A DNA stretch of 26,380 nucleotides from a virus. Taxonomy: Duplodnaviria; Caudoviricetes. Each line of letters opens with the position of its first letter. The stretch's first letter is position 1. The notes below the pieces were generated by a model that worked only from the letters and a program-made list of their open reading frames with translations, made no database searches and was not told the DNA's origin. The stretch lies in IMG/VR virus record IMGVR_UViG_3300042349_000289, positions 1 through 26,380 of that record. The stretch is one strand, 5' to 3'. This document shows positions 8,551 to 18,734 of the stretch, one piece after another. The position numbers and the translations under genes were made by a program.

Positions 8551-9770
8551 ACAAGATGAATTCTAACATCATAACAACGACAAAGGAAGATTTGCAAAAG
8601 GTTGTTGAAACCAAAGCAAATGAATTGGCACAGGAAAAACTTCGTAACATGAATCCTATCAATGTTCCGCAATCAGGTTTTGTGAAAGTGAAAGCAGAGC
8701 ATGATTCCAAACGCGATCAGGCTCGCATTGTTGCTGATTACATTACAGCAATCACCAAAGGCAAAATTGGTGTGGCAGAAGACATTGCAAACAGAGCAAA
8801 TGAAAAGTATTTGACAAGAGCAAATTTCAACACAGGCACAAATGCACAAGGTGGTTTTGCGGTTCCACAATTTTGGGTGGAAGAAATCATGACTTATGCT
8901 GATAGATTTGGTTATGCAAGATCACTTGCAAAAATATATCCAATGCGCGGCAAAGTTGAAAACATCACTTCATCAGGTTCATTCAGTGCAGCGGTTGTTT
9001 CCGAAGGTTCATCCCTCACATTGACAGACAGTGCAAATTTCTACACAGGAACAGCATTGACAGCCAAGAAAATTGTTGGTGGATGTATTGTTTCTGATGA
9101 ACAATTGCGTGATGCAACACCTGCATTCTTGGACTACACAATCAGCGGTTTGGCACAAGCAGTTGCAGAAGCCGAAGATAAGCAATTCTTCAAAGGCACT
9201 GGAAATGCACCTGAATTTACAGGATGCTTGGTATTGTCAGGAACATCCGTAATTAGACAAGGCGGTGCAAATAATTCAACAAAAGATGCATTTGCAGACA
9301 TCTCATGGAAAGACCTTATCAATCTTCGATTGGGTGTGAATTCATCAGTTGGTGCAAATGGTGTATTTGTTGTGCCACAATCTGTATTTGGATATTTGCT
9401 CAAAGAAACAGACGGTGTGAATGGCAGACCAATTTGGGACATGATCAGACCAATGGAAGTGAATTCAATTGGATTGACAGCACTCGAAAACAATACCTAT
9501 GTCACACCAACAGGCAGACCAATGCATGTTGTGCCTGATTCATTATTCCCAACAGACGGTGCAAATGTTGCATCAGCAGTTTATGCAGACTTTTCACAAT
9601 ATTCAATTCTCGGAATTCGTGAGGATGTTTCGATTGATGAATACAAAGAATACTTTGCATCAACAGGTTTGGGTGGAACATCACAACGCGGAATCATGGT
9701 AAGTGAATCAATCGGAATTGCATTCCCTGCACCATCTGCAATCGGTGTGTTGAAAACATCAACTACTTAA
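8547..9770 (+). CDS. Major capsid protein, HK97 fold
   Basis: GGFAVPQ after an N-terminal leader of about 95 aa, VSEG, AEAEDKQFFKGTG, DGVNGRPIW, GRPMHV, YADFSQY; start could be 8541, 8547 or 8556. Confidence 0.93.
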   Translation: MNKMNSNIITTTKEDLQKVVETKANELAQEKLRNMNPINVPQSGFVKVKAEHDSKRDQARIVADYITAITKGKIGVAEDIANRANEKYLTRANFNTGTNAQGGFAVPQFWVEEIMTYADRFGYARSLAKIYPMRGKVENITSSGSFSAAVVSEGSSLTLTDSANFYTGTALTAKKIVGGCIVSDEQLRDATPAFLDYTISGLAQAVAEAEDKQFFKGTGNAPEFTGCLVLSGTSVIRQGGANNSTKDAFADISWKDLINLRLGVNSSVGANGVFVVPQSVFGYLLKETDGVNGRPIWDMIRPMEVNSIGLTALENNTYVTPTGRPMHVVPDSLFPTDGANVASAVYADFSQYSILGIREDVSIDEYKEYFASTGLGGTSQRGIMVSESIGIAFPAPSAIGVLKTSTT

Positions 9771-9781
9771 TCAGGTGAATC

Positions 9782-9964
9782 ATGATTGATGCAATTGTAT
9801 TGAAATCATTTGCAGGATTGGAAGTTGGAAGAATAACACAATTGCAAGATTGGGAATTTGAAAAACTTCATGCAAGTGGACATGTGACAAAAGAGGATGC
9901 AGGCGAAAAACCTGCATCCGTAATTTCTAAAAAATCATCAGAACCAAAGGCAACAAAGAAATGA
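9782..9964 (+). CDS. Small capsid-adjacent hypothetical protein
   Basis: 60 aa with a Lys-rich tail, between capsid and connector genes; AGGTG upstream; ATGA overlap with the next gene. Confidence 0.7.
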   Translation: MIDAIVLKSFAGLEVGRITQLQDWEFEKLHASGHVTKEDAGEKPASVISKKSSEPKATKK

Positions 9965-10587
9965 GTTATTCAACGGCATACCCTCGCATTCAACAGGCAT
10001 TTTTTCAATTCAACAATTTAGAATTGGCAGGTGACCAGTCTGCTGAAGATGCCGTTTTATATGAATGGTTTGATGATCTATTTGACATATGCTTTGATGA
10101 GGCTGAAGGCTATTGCAATCAGCCTCTTCGAGCATCTGTTATAAATTATGTTTTTACCTATTCACAAGCCCGTCACGGCTTGGAAAGTGAACACAGGTGG
10201 AAATATATCCCTTTCAATGCAAACACATCTGTGACGGCTTTTCAATGGCGTGTTGATGAATTTGGAAACTATGCAAATGTGACTGCAGGAAATTATACAA
10301 CATCAGTTGACAACGGATTGAATTTCGTGATATTCAGGAATATCAACAGCGGACAATTTCGTGCAACACTTTCAACAGGTTGGTCAGATGCCAATTTACC
10401 AAATACAGTGATTCAAGGCATAGTTGAAATGTCATCATGGATATACAAGCAAAGTGCAAATGGTGGAAATTGGTTTGGACTTGGTTCTGTGTCAACAGGC
10501 GGTGCGGGACAGAATGTGAATGCAAGTATTTTGCAGGATTTGAAATGGCAAAGATTCTTTGACAAATATAGAATTGCGGTGGTGTAA
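9961..10587 (+). CDS. Putative head-tail adaptor/connector (gp6/gp15-like)
   Basis: Synteny; AEGYCNQPL, TGW…LPNTVIQGIVEM and terminal FDKYR patterns typical of adaptors. Confidence 0.7.
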   Translation: MSYSTAYPRIQQAFFQFNNLELAGDQSAEDAVLYEWFDDLFDICFDEAEGYCNQPLRASVINYVFTYSQARHGLESEHRWKYIPFNANTSVTAFQWRVDEFGNYANVTAGNYTTSVDNGLNFVIFRNINSGQFRATLSTGWSDANLPNTVIQGIVEMSSWIYKQSANGGNWFGLGSVSTGGAGQNVNASILQDLKWQRFFDKYRIAVV

Positions 10588-11193
10588 ATGTTTTCAGCTT
10601 CACAAGCAATGAATGTCATCAGACCTGTAATTGCAGATCAGATGCAACAATTCCCTGTCTTCATGCAAATATCAATTGCGAAATTCATGAAAGATCAGGG
10701 TGCAACAGGCGGTGCAACATCGGCAGCACCTGTATTCAATACAGGAAATGTTCTCTACAAATCAAGTGGTAATTTGTTTCAATCATTCATCAAGAATAAT
10801 CCAAACAATATCTATCGTGCAAAACAAAGCGGAAACAAATTTGAATTGGAATATGGAAGCAAAGTTGTCTATGCAGCAATTCATGAATTTGGTGGATTCA
10901 TCAAAGGAACACCATTGACTGTTATCAAAAGCAAAAGTGGTAGGAAGATGAAAAAGGAAACAACCAAAATGGCACAATTCTTTTGGTTCAAATACTACAA
11001 AACAAAAGCACCATTTTTCAAAAGGATTGCATTGTCAGTTGAACAGAAAGGCGGTGTTGATATTAAAGCAAGACCATATTGGCAAAATGCAATCAATGAT
11101 TTCAATTCAAATGTCAAAGAAAGATTCACACAACAAATGAGAATTGCAATTGTTCAGCAAATACAAGACATGCAAAACAGAACACGGGAATGA
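10588..11193 (+). CDS. Virion morphogenesis / tail completion protein (Mu gpG / HK97 gp10-like)
   Basis: SGNLFQS, YGSKVVYAAIHEFGG and IKARPYW motifs; basic composition. Confidence 0.8.
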   Translation: MFSASQAMNVIRPVIADQMQQFPVFMQISIAKFMKDQGATGGATSAAPVFNTGNVLYKSSGNLFQSFIKNNPNNIYRAKQSGNKFELEYGSKVVYAAIHEFGGFIKGTPLTVIKSKSGRKMKKETTKMAQFFWFKYYKTKAPFFKRIALSVEQKGGVDIKARPYWQNAINDFNSNVKERFTQQMRIAIVQQIQDMQNRTRE

Positions 11194-11196
11194 TTT

Positions 11197-11658
11197 ATGT
11201 CAAGAGAAAAACACATCACAGATGCAATCATTGAAAAACTTGGCATGATGTCAGGTGTTCGAATATATGAACAAATCCTTTTGAACAAATATGAAACATA
11301 TCAATTTGATTATGTAGGCATCTATGGTTCAACAGATGAAAGATTCACAGAGTCAATGGAAGACATGTCAGCAGTTGCTGATTTGGGCAAAATAGATTTG
11401 TTCATTCTATTGGGGAATTCAGTCAAGAAAACACCGACATTGGGTGCAGCAAAATTACGACATGCCATGCAAGAATTGGCAGAGCGTGTGGAATATTCAT
11501 TGCAAGATTTCAGGATTGAATTCTACAAATCAGATTATGAAACAACAACATTTTCACCTCTTCACTATATTTCAAGTGAACCAATTACATATTCAGATGA
11601 TGAAACAAAGGGATTGACATTGATGACATTTCGCATTTTTTACACAAGAATATCATGA
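11197..11658 (+). CDS. Putative tail terminator protein
   Basis: Size, acidity and position; MSREKHITDAIIEKL start and terminal beta strand FRIFY. Confidence 0.55.
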   Translation: MSREKHITDAIIEKLGMMSGVRIYEQILLNKYETYQFDYVGIYGSTDERFTESMEDMSAVADLGKIDLFILLGNSVKKTPTLGAAKLRHAMQELAERVEYSLQDFRIEFYKSDYETTTFSPLHYISSEPITYSDDETKGLTLMTFRIFYTRIS

Positions 11659-12341
11659 ATAATTTACTATCAGTTTGCATCATTCATCCGAAGAAAGCAA
11701 ACCTATCAAGACTAATTTCAAGATTGCCAAAAGGAACACAAATTGTTTCATGTGCAGTTGAACAAAGGGATGAATATGAAAATCAATTTGAAGTCATTGC
11801 GAACACACCAAGCATTGTTTCTATTCATTACTATTACCAAGATTATGGCATTGACTTTGACTTTGCAGAAATCAGAAACAAGATGGATGAATTGGCATCA
11901 GGTGATTGGTGTTTGCACATTGATTCTGATGAATATTTGGGAACATTCCCAGAAGATGCCATTGCAGAAATTCAGGCAATAGATGAAGCGGGTGCAGTTG
12001 GTGGATGGATTACAATTTCAGGATTGATGTATGACACAAGCCAAGAGGACAAAGTGAGGGAACGCTATTCAATCCATGCAGGAAGATTGCACAAAAAGAA
12101 TTCAGGATTGTTTTGGGAAGGTATTTGCCATGAGGCTTTGACATCCCATGATGAAACAACAGCTTTTGTTGACACTGATATTGTCTTGATTCATGATGGA
12201 TACAAAATTGATAGTGATGGCTTTGAAGACAAAGGCACAAGAAATGGAAAATTGCTGATTCGAGAATATACACGAAAACCAAGCAAGCGGGCTTGGAATT
12301 ATTTAATCAAGACTTTTTCAACACTCAAAGTGAAGGAATAA
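11655..12341 (+). CDS. Glycosyltransferase family 2 (GT-A fold)
   Basis: LSVCII, DFAEIRN, GDWCLHIDSDE (DxD), WEGICHE, LIHDGY. Confidence 0.88.
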   Translation: MNNLLSVCIIHPKKANLSRLISRLPKGTQIVSCAVEQRDEYENQFEVIANTPSIVSIHYYYQDYGIDFDFAEIRNKMDELASGDWCLHIDSDEYLGTFPEDAIAEIQAIDEAGAVGGWITISGLMYDTSQEDKVRERYSIHAGRLHKKNSGLFWEGICHEALTSHDETTAFVDTDIVLIHDGYKIDSDGFEDKGTRNGKLLIREYTRKPSKRAWNYLIKTFSTLKVKE

Positions 12342-12345
12342 AATT

Positions 12346-12912
12346 ATGCTAATTGGAGGCGCAAACGTCACGGACTTTTTTACAGCGTTTGAATCAAACG
12401 GGGTGCCATTGTTCGCGACAACAACAACACCATTGATTTCTTTGACAAAGAAAATCAAGACATCAGTGACAAGAACAAATTTCACAATTGACCAAAATGA
12501 AGATGATCCAGATTTGACAAACTTCCTGACAGTTTATGCACCACAAACACAGGCAGCATCTGATTCAGGTGAATACGAAGATGGTGTCAAATTCAATTCG
12601 GCAACAGCCGCTTCACAAACACTTGCAAAAGTTACCTATGGTTCAAAATATGCAGGCACAAATCCATCACACCAAGGCAAGCGCAAGGTTGTTGTGATGC
12701 TCTGCAAATTGGCACAGGATGTCGGAGCATTTGACATGGAATCAGGCAAGTACACCAAACCAAAAGTTGGTGGTGAAATTGTAAACAATGATGACATTGT
12801 GACAATTCCTGTCACAGCATTCCGTTCATCATTGGTAACATTGGCAACATATGTCACAATTCCTGCTGATAAGGGATATGTGGAATTATGGCTCACAGGC
12901 GTTGGTAATTAA
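12346..12912 (+). CDS. Putative major tail (tube) protein
   Basis: 188 aa, Thr/Ser/Gly-rich; AAGGA upstream; followed by a hairpin, then chaperone and tape measure genes. Confidence 0.65.
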   Translation: MLIGGANVTDFFTAFESNGVPLFATTTTPLISLTKKIKTSVTRTNFTIDQNEDDPDLTNFLTVYAPQTQAASDSGEYEDGVKFNSATAASQTLAKVTYGSKYAGTNPSHQGKRKVVVMLCKLAQDVGAFDMESGKYTKPKVGGEIVNNDDIVTIPVTAFRSSLVTLATYVTIPADKGYVELWLTGVGN

Positions 12913-12921
12913 ACGAAACAA

Positions 12922-12958
12922 GGGCGGGGCATAGATTATGTCCTGCCCACTATTTTCA
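12922..12958 (+). terminator. Intergenic hairpin, probable leaky intrinsic terminator or mRNA stabiliser
   Basis: GGGCGGGGCATA-GAT-TATGTCCTGCCC 12-bp stem with two G-U pairs (12922-12948), then a weak ACTATTTTC tail. Confidence 0.65.
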
Positions 12959-12986
12959 TTGCTTAGAATCAATTTATGGGACATAT

Positions 12987-13487
12987 ATGAATCTTTATTT
13001 GGATGGCAAAGAATACAAGGTTGAATTGCATTCGATTCTTTCACAGAAACTATACACGGAAGTGACGCCATTATTGGCAAAACTTGAAACATCATTTGGT
13101 GCAAGAAAGGCATTTGAAACATTATTGCAAAAGAAACTATTTGCTGATTCTTATTTCAGTGGCAAAGTCAATTTGTTGCAAGGTGAAAATGCATGGGATG
13201 CATTGAAGAATGACATGAGATTTCAAGAGGTAATTGCAGAAGTCATGATCACAATCCGAGAAAACATTTTTGAACACATCACCATTGATGATGAAACAAT
13301 TGTGACCATATTTGATTTGTTCAGAGTCTGCATAAACAAAAAGAAAATTGTGCATGCTGAATTGAATGAAAAAATCAATGAACCATCAACATCTGAATTT
13401 TGGCAGGAGCAAGATTTGAACGCAATCTTGGAAACACTCAAATTTTTTCGTTCAAATGTATTGGCTAGAATCAAGACAAGTATCTGA
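12987..13487 (+). CDS. Tail assembly chaperone (gpG-like)
   Basis: Helical protein between tail tube and tape measure genes, overlapped at its 3' end by a second frame. Confidence 0.7.
   Translation: MNLYLDGKEYKVELHSILSQKLYTEVTPLLAKLETSFGARKAFETLLQKKLFADSYFSGKVNLLQGENAWDALKNDMRFQEVIAEVMITIRENIFEHITIDDETIVTIFDLFRVCINKKKIVHAELNEKINEPSTSEFWQEQDLNAILETLKFFRSNVLARIKTSI
13440..13451 (+). other. Candidate programmed +1 ribosomal frameshift site AAA-TTT-TTT-CGT
   Basis: The downstream ORF is in the +1 frame, open from 13420; TTT TTT can re-pair as TTT TTC. Confidence 0.55.
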
Positions 13488-13731
13488 AATGTTAGGTGAA
13501 TGGATTGTGTTCAATGATCCTGATGATGACAAATATGTGCAGGATGATGAACCATTGGCAATGAGATATTTAGATGAATCAATCATTGATGAATATTTTG
13601 TTTTCCGAAACATTGCAAATGGCAGTCCAAGTGAATTCAGGTTTTTGTATCATGATACATCAAGACTTGAAATGTTCAGAATATATGCAATGAACTTGAC
13701 ATATTTCAAAGAAAGAAACTTCAAAGGATAA
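13456..13731 (+). CDS. Tail assembly chaperone C-terminal extension (gpT-like)
   Basis: Overlaps the chaperone 3' end and stops 3 nt before the tape measure start. Confidence 0.65.
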   Translation: MYWLESRQVSEMLGEWIVFNDPDDDKYVQDDEPLAMRYLDESIIDEYFVFRNIANGSPSEFRFLYHDTSRLEMFRIYAMNLTYFKERNFKG

Positions 13732-13734
13732 AAA

Positions 13735-16700
13735 ATGGCAAACGACATAACCCTGAAAATTGGTGTTGATTCCGATGGTGCCGACAAAGGACTGCAGGAA
13801 ATAATTCAAAAGTCAAGTGAAGCTGCACAGGAAGCATCACAAAGTTTTGCATCTGTATTTGGAAGTCAATTGCAAAATGCTTTGTCTGATGATCCAATTG
13901 CAAAGTCAATGCAGAAATCAGGGAATGCAATTCAGGCATCAAAGAAAGACATGCAGTCTTTTATTGATGAACAGAAAAAGGCATTGGTTGCCATGAAATT
14001 GTCAGGAAATGAAGGTTCAGATGCATATCAAAAAATTGAATTAGCAATCAAAGATGCAAAGCAAGAAATAGACAAAATTGACAATGCAGCAAAGGAAGTT
14101 GATGCAAGTTTGTCAAGTGCATTTGATGGTGAAAAAGTTGGTGGATTTGCGGGTGCAATTGAGAGTCTGAAAACAGGGATGAATGATGCCTTTTCAGGTG
14201 GATTGATTGGAGGTTTGGTTGGTGGTGGATTGGCACAGGGAATTCAGGCGGGGCTTGGTGCAATTGCTGATGGATTTGGTGCAGTCATTTCAGGCGGTCG
14301 GGAATTGATTTCAGCACAAAACAATTTGCAAGCAGCAACAGGTGCATCAGGTGAAGAATTTGAAGCATTGAAAGTGAGTGCAGAAGATGCATTCATTGGT
14401 GGTGTTGGTGAATCATTAGCAGAGGCAACAAAAGCAATAGCGAATGCAAAGGCATCATTACAAGATGCATTACCAAATGAAGAAATTGGAACATTCGTAA
14501 AAAATGCACAGGCACTTGGAACATTGTATGATAAAGATGTCAATGAAGTTGTAAGCAAATCAGCACCATTTGTCAGACAATTTGGATTGGATGGTGAAAA
14601 GGCATTCAACCTGATTGCATTTGCAGCAAAGGAAGGGAAAACATCACAGGATGATGTGTTGGACACCATTGCAGAATATTCGGGATTGTTGCAAGAGGCG
14701 GGATTTTCAGCAGAGGAATTTGCAGCACAAATTGCGGTGGCAGGGCAGGAAGGATTGTTCACTACTGATAAGATTGGTGATTCAATTAAAGAGGCTCAAA
14801 TCCGATTGAAAGCAGGTGATACGGCAAAAGCAATTGCAGACATTCAAGGGTCTTTGCCAAAAGCATTTGGTTCAACATTGAAAGAATTGGAAGGGCTTGC
14901 ATCATCAGGACAAATTTCAATCAAAGAATTTTTGGAAAGATCAGGTGGTGCAATTGAGGATGCATTTTCGGCAGGTGATATTTCAGAAGCAATGCGAAGT
15001 CAATTACAAGTTGCCATTGCAGGAACACCAGCCGAGGATTTGGGAGCAGAAGCCTATGCAAGAATGTTTGGTGCTCCAATACCAAAAGAGGAAATTGCAG
15101 CAAAGGCATTGCAAGCAGGAAAGGAAGCCCAAAACGCAGCGGGTCAATATTTGACATTCGACACATTCACAAGAAACATGGAAATGCAATTTCAGAAGGT
15201 TTCCGCGGTGATTGTTCAGGCAATGTCTGATGCATTTCAAACCATTGCACCTTTGTTGAATTTCGTGACAAATAATTTGGCCACAATTGCATCTGTTGTT
15301 GGTGTGGCCGCAGCAGCATTTGGTGCATATCAATTGGTTGTCACAGCATCATCATTAGCAACGGCAGCATATGCAGCAGTTCAGACGGCATTGGGTGGTT
15401 CAATATCAATTGCAACAATTGCACAATATGCATACAATCTTGCAATGTCACTCAATCCCGTTGGTGCAGTTTTGGCAGGTGTAATTGCTCTCACAGCGGG
15501 CGTTGCTGCTTTGGCTGATGCCATGTCAGTTTCAACAGAAGAAATTGCGGAGCAATCACAGGCAAATGTTGATTTGATCGAGTCACAAAAAAAGACAAAT
15601 GAAGAAAACCAAACCATTGTCAAAGGCACTAAATCAATGGCTGATGAATTTGTCCGATTGTCTGAAAAGAAAAAACTATCAGGCGCGGAAGCAGCAAGAT
15701 TGAAACAATTGCAAGGTGACTTGGCAAAACAATATCCTGATCTTGTCAAGAATTCAAAATCATTTGGCGAAAACTTAAATGGTGTAAAACAAATTGCGAA
15801 TCAGACAGGAACGCAATTGAATAATCTTGCAAAAGAATCAGCACAATTGGACAAGTCATTGGCATTGGCAAATCGAAATTTGGCATTTGCACAAAGGAAT
15901 GTTGCCATATCAGAAGCAGAAGCGGTGTTCACAGGCTTTTGGAAAAAAATCACATTTGATGGTGCAGCCGATGCAGCAGCAAAACAAGTGAAGGTTTTTG
16001 CCGATACACTTTACAATGCAAAATCAGAAGGCGAAATCACGGATGCCGTTTTGAAGGTGCAGGGATCATTGAAAGGGCTTAGCATCAGTGCGCAAGACCA
16101 AAGCAAAGCGCTTGGATTCATCAATGAAGCAGCATCGAAAGCGAGGGCATCATTAAAGTCTTTGGAAGTTGAGGAAAAAGCAGCAACAAATACAATCAAA
16201 GACAACACCACAAATACCAACACAAACAACAATGCAAAGAATGAATCAGAGAAGGCAACAAACAAGCAATTGAAAGCAGTGTTGGAATTATTTGAAGCAG
16301 AGGAAAAGCAGTCAGCACAATTGAAACAAAATGCATTGGATGCATCTGAAAATGGAGAGATTTCAAAGCAAACAACATTGGAATTGTTGGAACTTGAAAA
16401 GCAAAGATTGCAGACATTGTTGGATGCCAATGGAAACTATGTTGATCAATCTCAAAATCAACGCGGAAACATTGTGGATTTGGCAAAGGTTACTGTTGAT
16501 GCAAATCAAGTTGTCAAGTCATCAATCAAAGGAACAGCAGAGGAACAGGAAAAGGCAGCAGAAGTCTATGAGAAACTACGCAAAAAATTAGTTGAAGTTT
16601 CTGCACAAATCAGAAAGACAGGCGGTCAATTTTCATTGGAGCAATTCAAATCAGAATTGGAAAAATTGAAAGGTGATGCTGATTCATTGCGAAAGGCGGT

Positions 16701-18252
16701 GCCTGAAAAATTGACAACAGAATATGCATTCAAATTGTCACAGGAAGATTATGCAGCCGAAATTCAAAAGGTGCAAAATGACTTGTTGAAATTGAATGAA
16801 GATTTCAATGCAAAACTTTTGGATGCTGATGACAAACAAAAAATTGAAATAACAAAGCAATTGGAAGAAAATAAAAAGACAGAAGAAAAATTAACAAGGG
16901 ATTATGCCAATATAAAAGAGCGTGTTGAAATTGGCAGGATTCAGGATGCAAGCAAAAGAGCATTGGAAATTTCCCTATTTGATTTGAGATTGAAATTTGA
17001 AAAGGAAAAGGAAGCGAATGAAGGGAATTTGATTGCCATTGAAGAATTGGAAACAACATATTTGCAAGAGCGTGCCAAATTGCAGGAAGAATACGACAGA
17101 CAAAATAATGTCATGTATGGAATTCAATCTGCATTCCAAATGGCAATGATGGAACAATTCAACATCAGTAGATTGTCAGAAGAAAGGAGAGCAAATCAGG
17201 CATTGCGCGATGAAAAGAAAGCATCATTGGATGCAGAGGAATCAGACCTTGAAAAATCATTGGCTGATAGAACAATAACATTTGAAGAATACCAACAGAA
17301 ACTTTCTGAATTGAACCAAGCAAGAATTGATGCAGGATTGATTCAGGAAAAACTTGGTGAAAATTTATTGCGTGATTTGAAGATTGGTGGTGAAAAAGCA
17401 GTTGCACAAATCTTCACAGATCAAGGCAACAAATTAAATGTTTTGGCACAGGAAAGAATCAACAAACAAGTGGCATTGGATGCAAAATCAGCTGATGCAA
17501 AAAAGAAATTTGATGATCTTCAAAACAAGGTTGGAACTGAAGAATATATCAAAGCACAAAAGGCATACGAAAAAGCACAACAGGATGCAGCGGACAATGA
17601 TGAAATGGTGTATGGATTCCGAGAATCAGTATTGGAAGAATTCGGTGCAAAGGCTGCAATTCAATTTGCACAATTAGCAGCATCAGGAACGGCAAACTTG
17701 GCTGACTTTGGAAAAGCCACTGTTCAATTGGCATTTGAAGCGTTGCAAAAAATGATTCCAATTTACATTGCAAACATTGCAGGAAAGGAATTTGCAACAG
17801 GTATTGGAGGTATTGCAACAACAGCAATTTTGACAGCAGCGTTGTATGGATTATTTGCAGCAGCACAATCAGCAGCAGGATTCAAAGATGGTGTGATTGA
17901 TTTAGAAGGTGCAGGAACGGAAACAAGTGATTCAATTCCTGCTTGGTTGTCCAGAGGTGAATCAGTCATCACAGCCCGTGCCACGAAAGAGAATAAAACT
18001 GAATTGGAATGGATGAACAGAACAGGATTGCCATTGCGTGAATTTTACAGGCATCAAATGTCACAGACAAGCGTAAATGAATCAGGTGACATAATCCATG
18101 AGCTAAGACAATTACGCGTCACCACAGAGAGTTTAGGCGTGCAAATCCATAGGAATACCCGCGTGCAAGTTGATGGTGTGTTGTCAGCAGATGGAAATTC
18201 CATCACAGCAATGATTGAATCAAATCGCAAAAGAAATTCACGGAGGTTTTGA
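13735..18252 (+). CDS. Tail tape measure protein
   Basis: 1505 aa, Ala/Gly/Lys/Glu-rich coiled coil; DDVLDTIAEY…TDKIGDSIKE core; central hydrophobic segments; C-terminal FKDG…GTETSDSIPAWLSRGESVI motif. Confidence 0.95.
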   Translation: MANDITLKIGVDSDGADKGLQEIIQKSSEAAQEASQSFASVFGSQLQNALSDDPIAKSMQKSGNAIQASKKDMQSFIDEQKKALVAMKLSGNEGSDAYQKIELAIKDAKQEIDKIDNAAKEVDASLSSAFDGEKVGGFAGAIESLKTGMNDAFSGGLIGGLVGGGLAQGIQAGLGAIADGFGAVISGGRELISAQNNLQAATGASGEEFEALKVSAEDAFIGGVGESLAEATKAIANAKASLQDALPNEEIGTFVKNAQALGTLYDKDVNEVVSKSAPFVRQFGLDGEKAFNLIAFAAKEGKTSQDDVLDTIAEYSGLLQEAGFSAEEFAAQIAVAGQEGLFTTDKIGDSIKEAQIRLKAGDTAKAIADIQGSLPKAFGSTLKELEGLASSGQISIKEFLERSGGAIEDAFSAGDISEAMRSQLQVAIAGTPAEDLGAEAYARMFGAPIPKEEIAAKALQAGKEAQNAAGQYLTFDTFTRNMEMQFQKVSAVIVQAMSDAFQTIAPLLNFVTNNLATIASVVGVAAAAFGAYQLVVTASSLATAAYAAVQTALGGSISIATIAQYAYNLAMSLNPVGAVLAGVIALTAGVAALADAMSVSTEEIAEQSQANVDLIESQKKTNEENQTIVKGTKSMADEFVRLSEKKKLSGAEAARLKQLQGDLAKQYPDLVKNSKSFGENLNGVKQIANQTGTQLNNLAKESAQLDKSLALANRNLAFAQRNVAISEAEAVFTGFWKKITFDGAADAAAKQVKVFADTLYNAKSEGEITDAVLKVQGSLKGLSISAQDQSKALGFINEAASKARASLKSLEVEEKAATNTIKDNTTNTNTNNNAKNESEKATNKQLKAVLELFEAEEKQSAQLKQNALDASENGEISKQTTLELLELEKQRLQTLLDANGNYVDQSQNQRGNIVDLAKVTVDANQVVKSSIKGTAEEQEKAAEVYEKLRKKLVEVSAQIRKTGGQFSLEQFKSELEKLKGDADSLRKAVPEKLTTEYAFKLSQEDYAAEIQKVQNDLLKLNEDFNAKLLDADDKQKIEITKQLEENKKTEEKLTRDYANIKERVEIGRIQDASKRALEISLFDLRLKFEKEKEANEGNLIAIEELETTYLQERAKLQEEYDRQNNVMYGIQSAFQMAMMEQFNISRLSEERRANQALRDEKKASLDAEESDLEKSLADRTITFEEYQQKLSELNQARIDAGLIQEKLGENLLRDLKIGGEKAVAQIFTDQGNKLNVLAQERINKQVALDAKSADAKKKFDDLQNKVGTEEYIKAQKAYEKAQQDAADNDEMVYGFRESVLEEFGAKAAIQFAQLAASGTANLADFGKATVQLAFEALQKMIPIYIANIAGKEFATGIGGIATTAILTAALYGLFAAAQSAAGFKDGVIDLEGAGTETSDSIPAWLSRGESVITARATKENKTELEWMNRTGLPLREFYRHQMSQTSVNESGDIIHELRQLRVTTESLGVQIHRNTRVQVDGVLSADGNSITAMIESNRKRNSRRF

Positions 18253-18734
18253 TGGCAAGATTTTGGGTAAAAATTGAAGGTTGTGATGTTGACACATTTT
18301 CGACAGGGAATGCAACATATACTGCAATTCAAATTCCGATTGTTGGGATGTTTCCTACATTTGAAATAGAGTCTGATTCTGATGTTTCAATGCAAGGGCG
18401 GGAAATTGGACAAAGGAAATTGCGTCGTGCATTGGAGGTTCAATGTTTTCCAAATTCAACATGGATGACAAATCCACCAACATACCTGAATACTGATTCA
18501 ATTATGTTTCTTTTGGATTCTGTTTTGCAAAGAAAGTTTGTCCGATTGAATGCACCTGATGCACCAAAAGTTTTGCCTGATAGATATAGAAATTCAACAG
18601 CATTTCCCAGAACAGCAGGTTTGATTCCTTTTGTTTTTGTGAGGTGCGATATATCAAATGAAAAGCAATGGACATCAGGAAATGAAAGATTGACATTGAC
18701 TTGCTATCAACGCGATTTGGCAGCGAGGGTATAA
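18252..18734 (+). CDS. Putative distal tail (Dit-like) protein
   Basis: First gene after the tape measure (TGATG overlap, GGAGG upstream); function from synteny only. Confidence 0.5.
   Translation: MARFWVKIEGCDVDTFSTGNATYTAIQIPIVGMFPTFEIESDSDVSMQGREIGQRKLRRALEVQCFPNSTWMTNPPTYLNTDSIMFLLDSVLQRKFVRLNAPDAPKVLPDRYRNSTAFPRTAGLIPFVFVRCDISNEKQWTSGNERLTLTCYQRDLAARV

Noticed and set aside
16186-16262. A/C-rich low-complexity stretch in the tape measure gene
   Set aside because: It encodes an Asn/Thr linker (NTTNTNTNNN) with no regular nucleotide repeat unit
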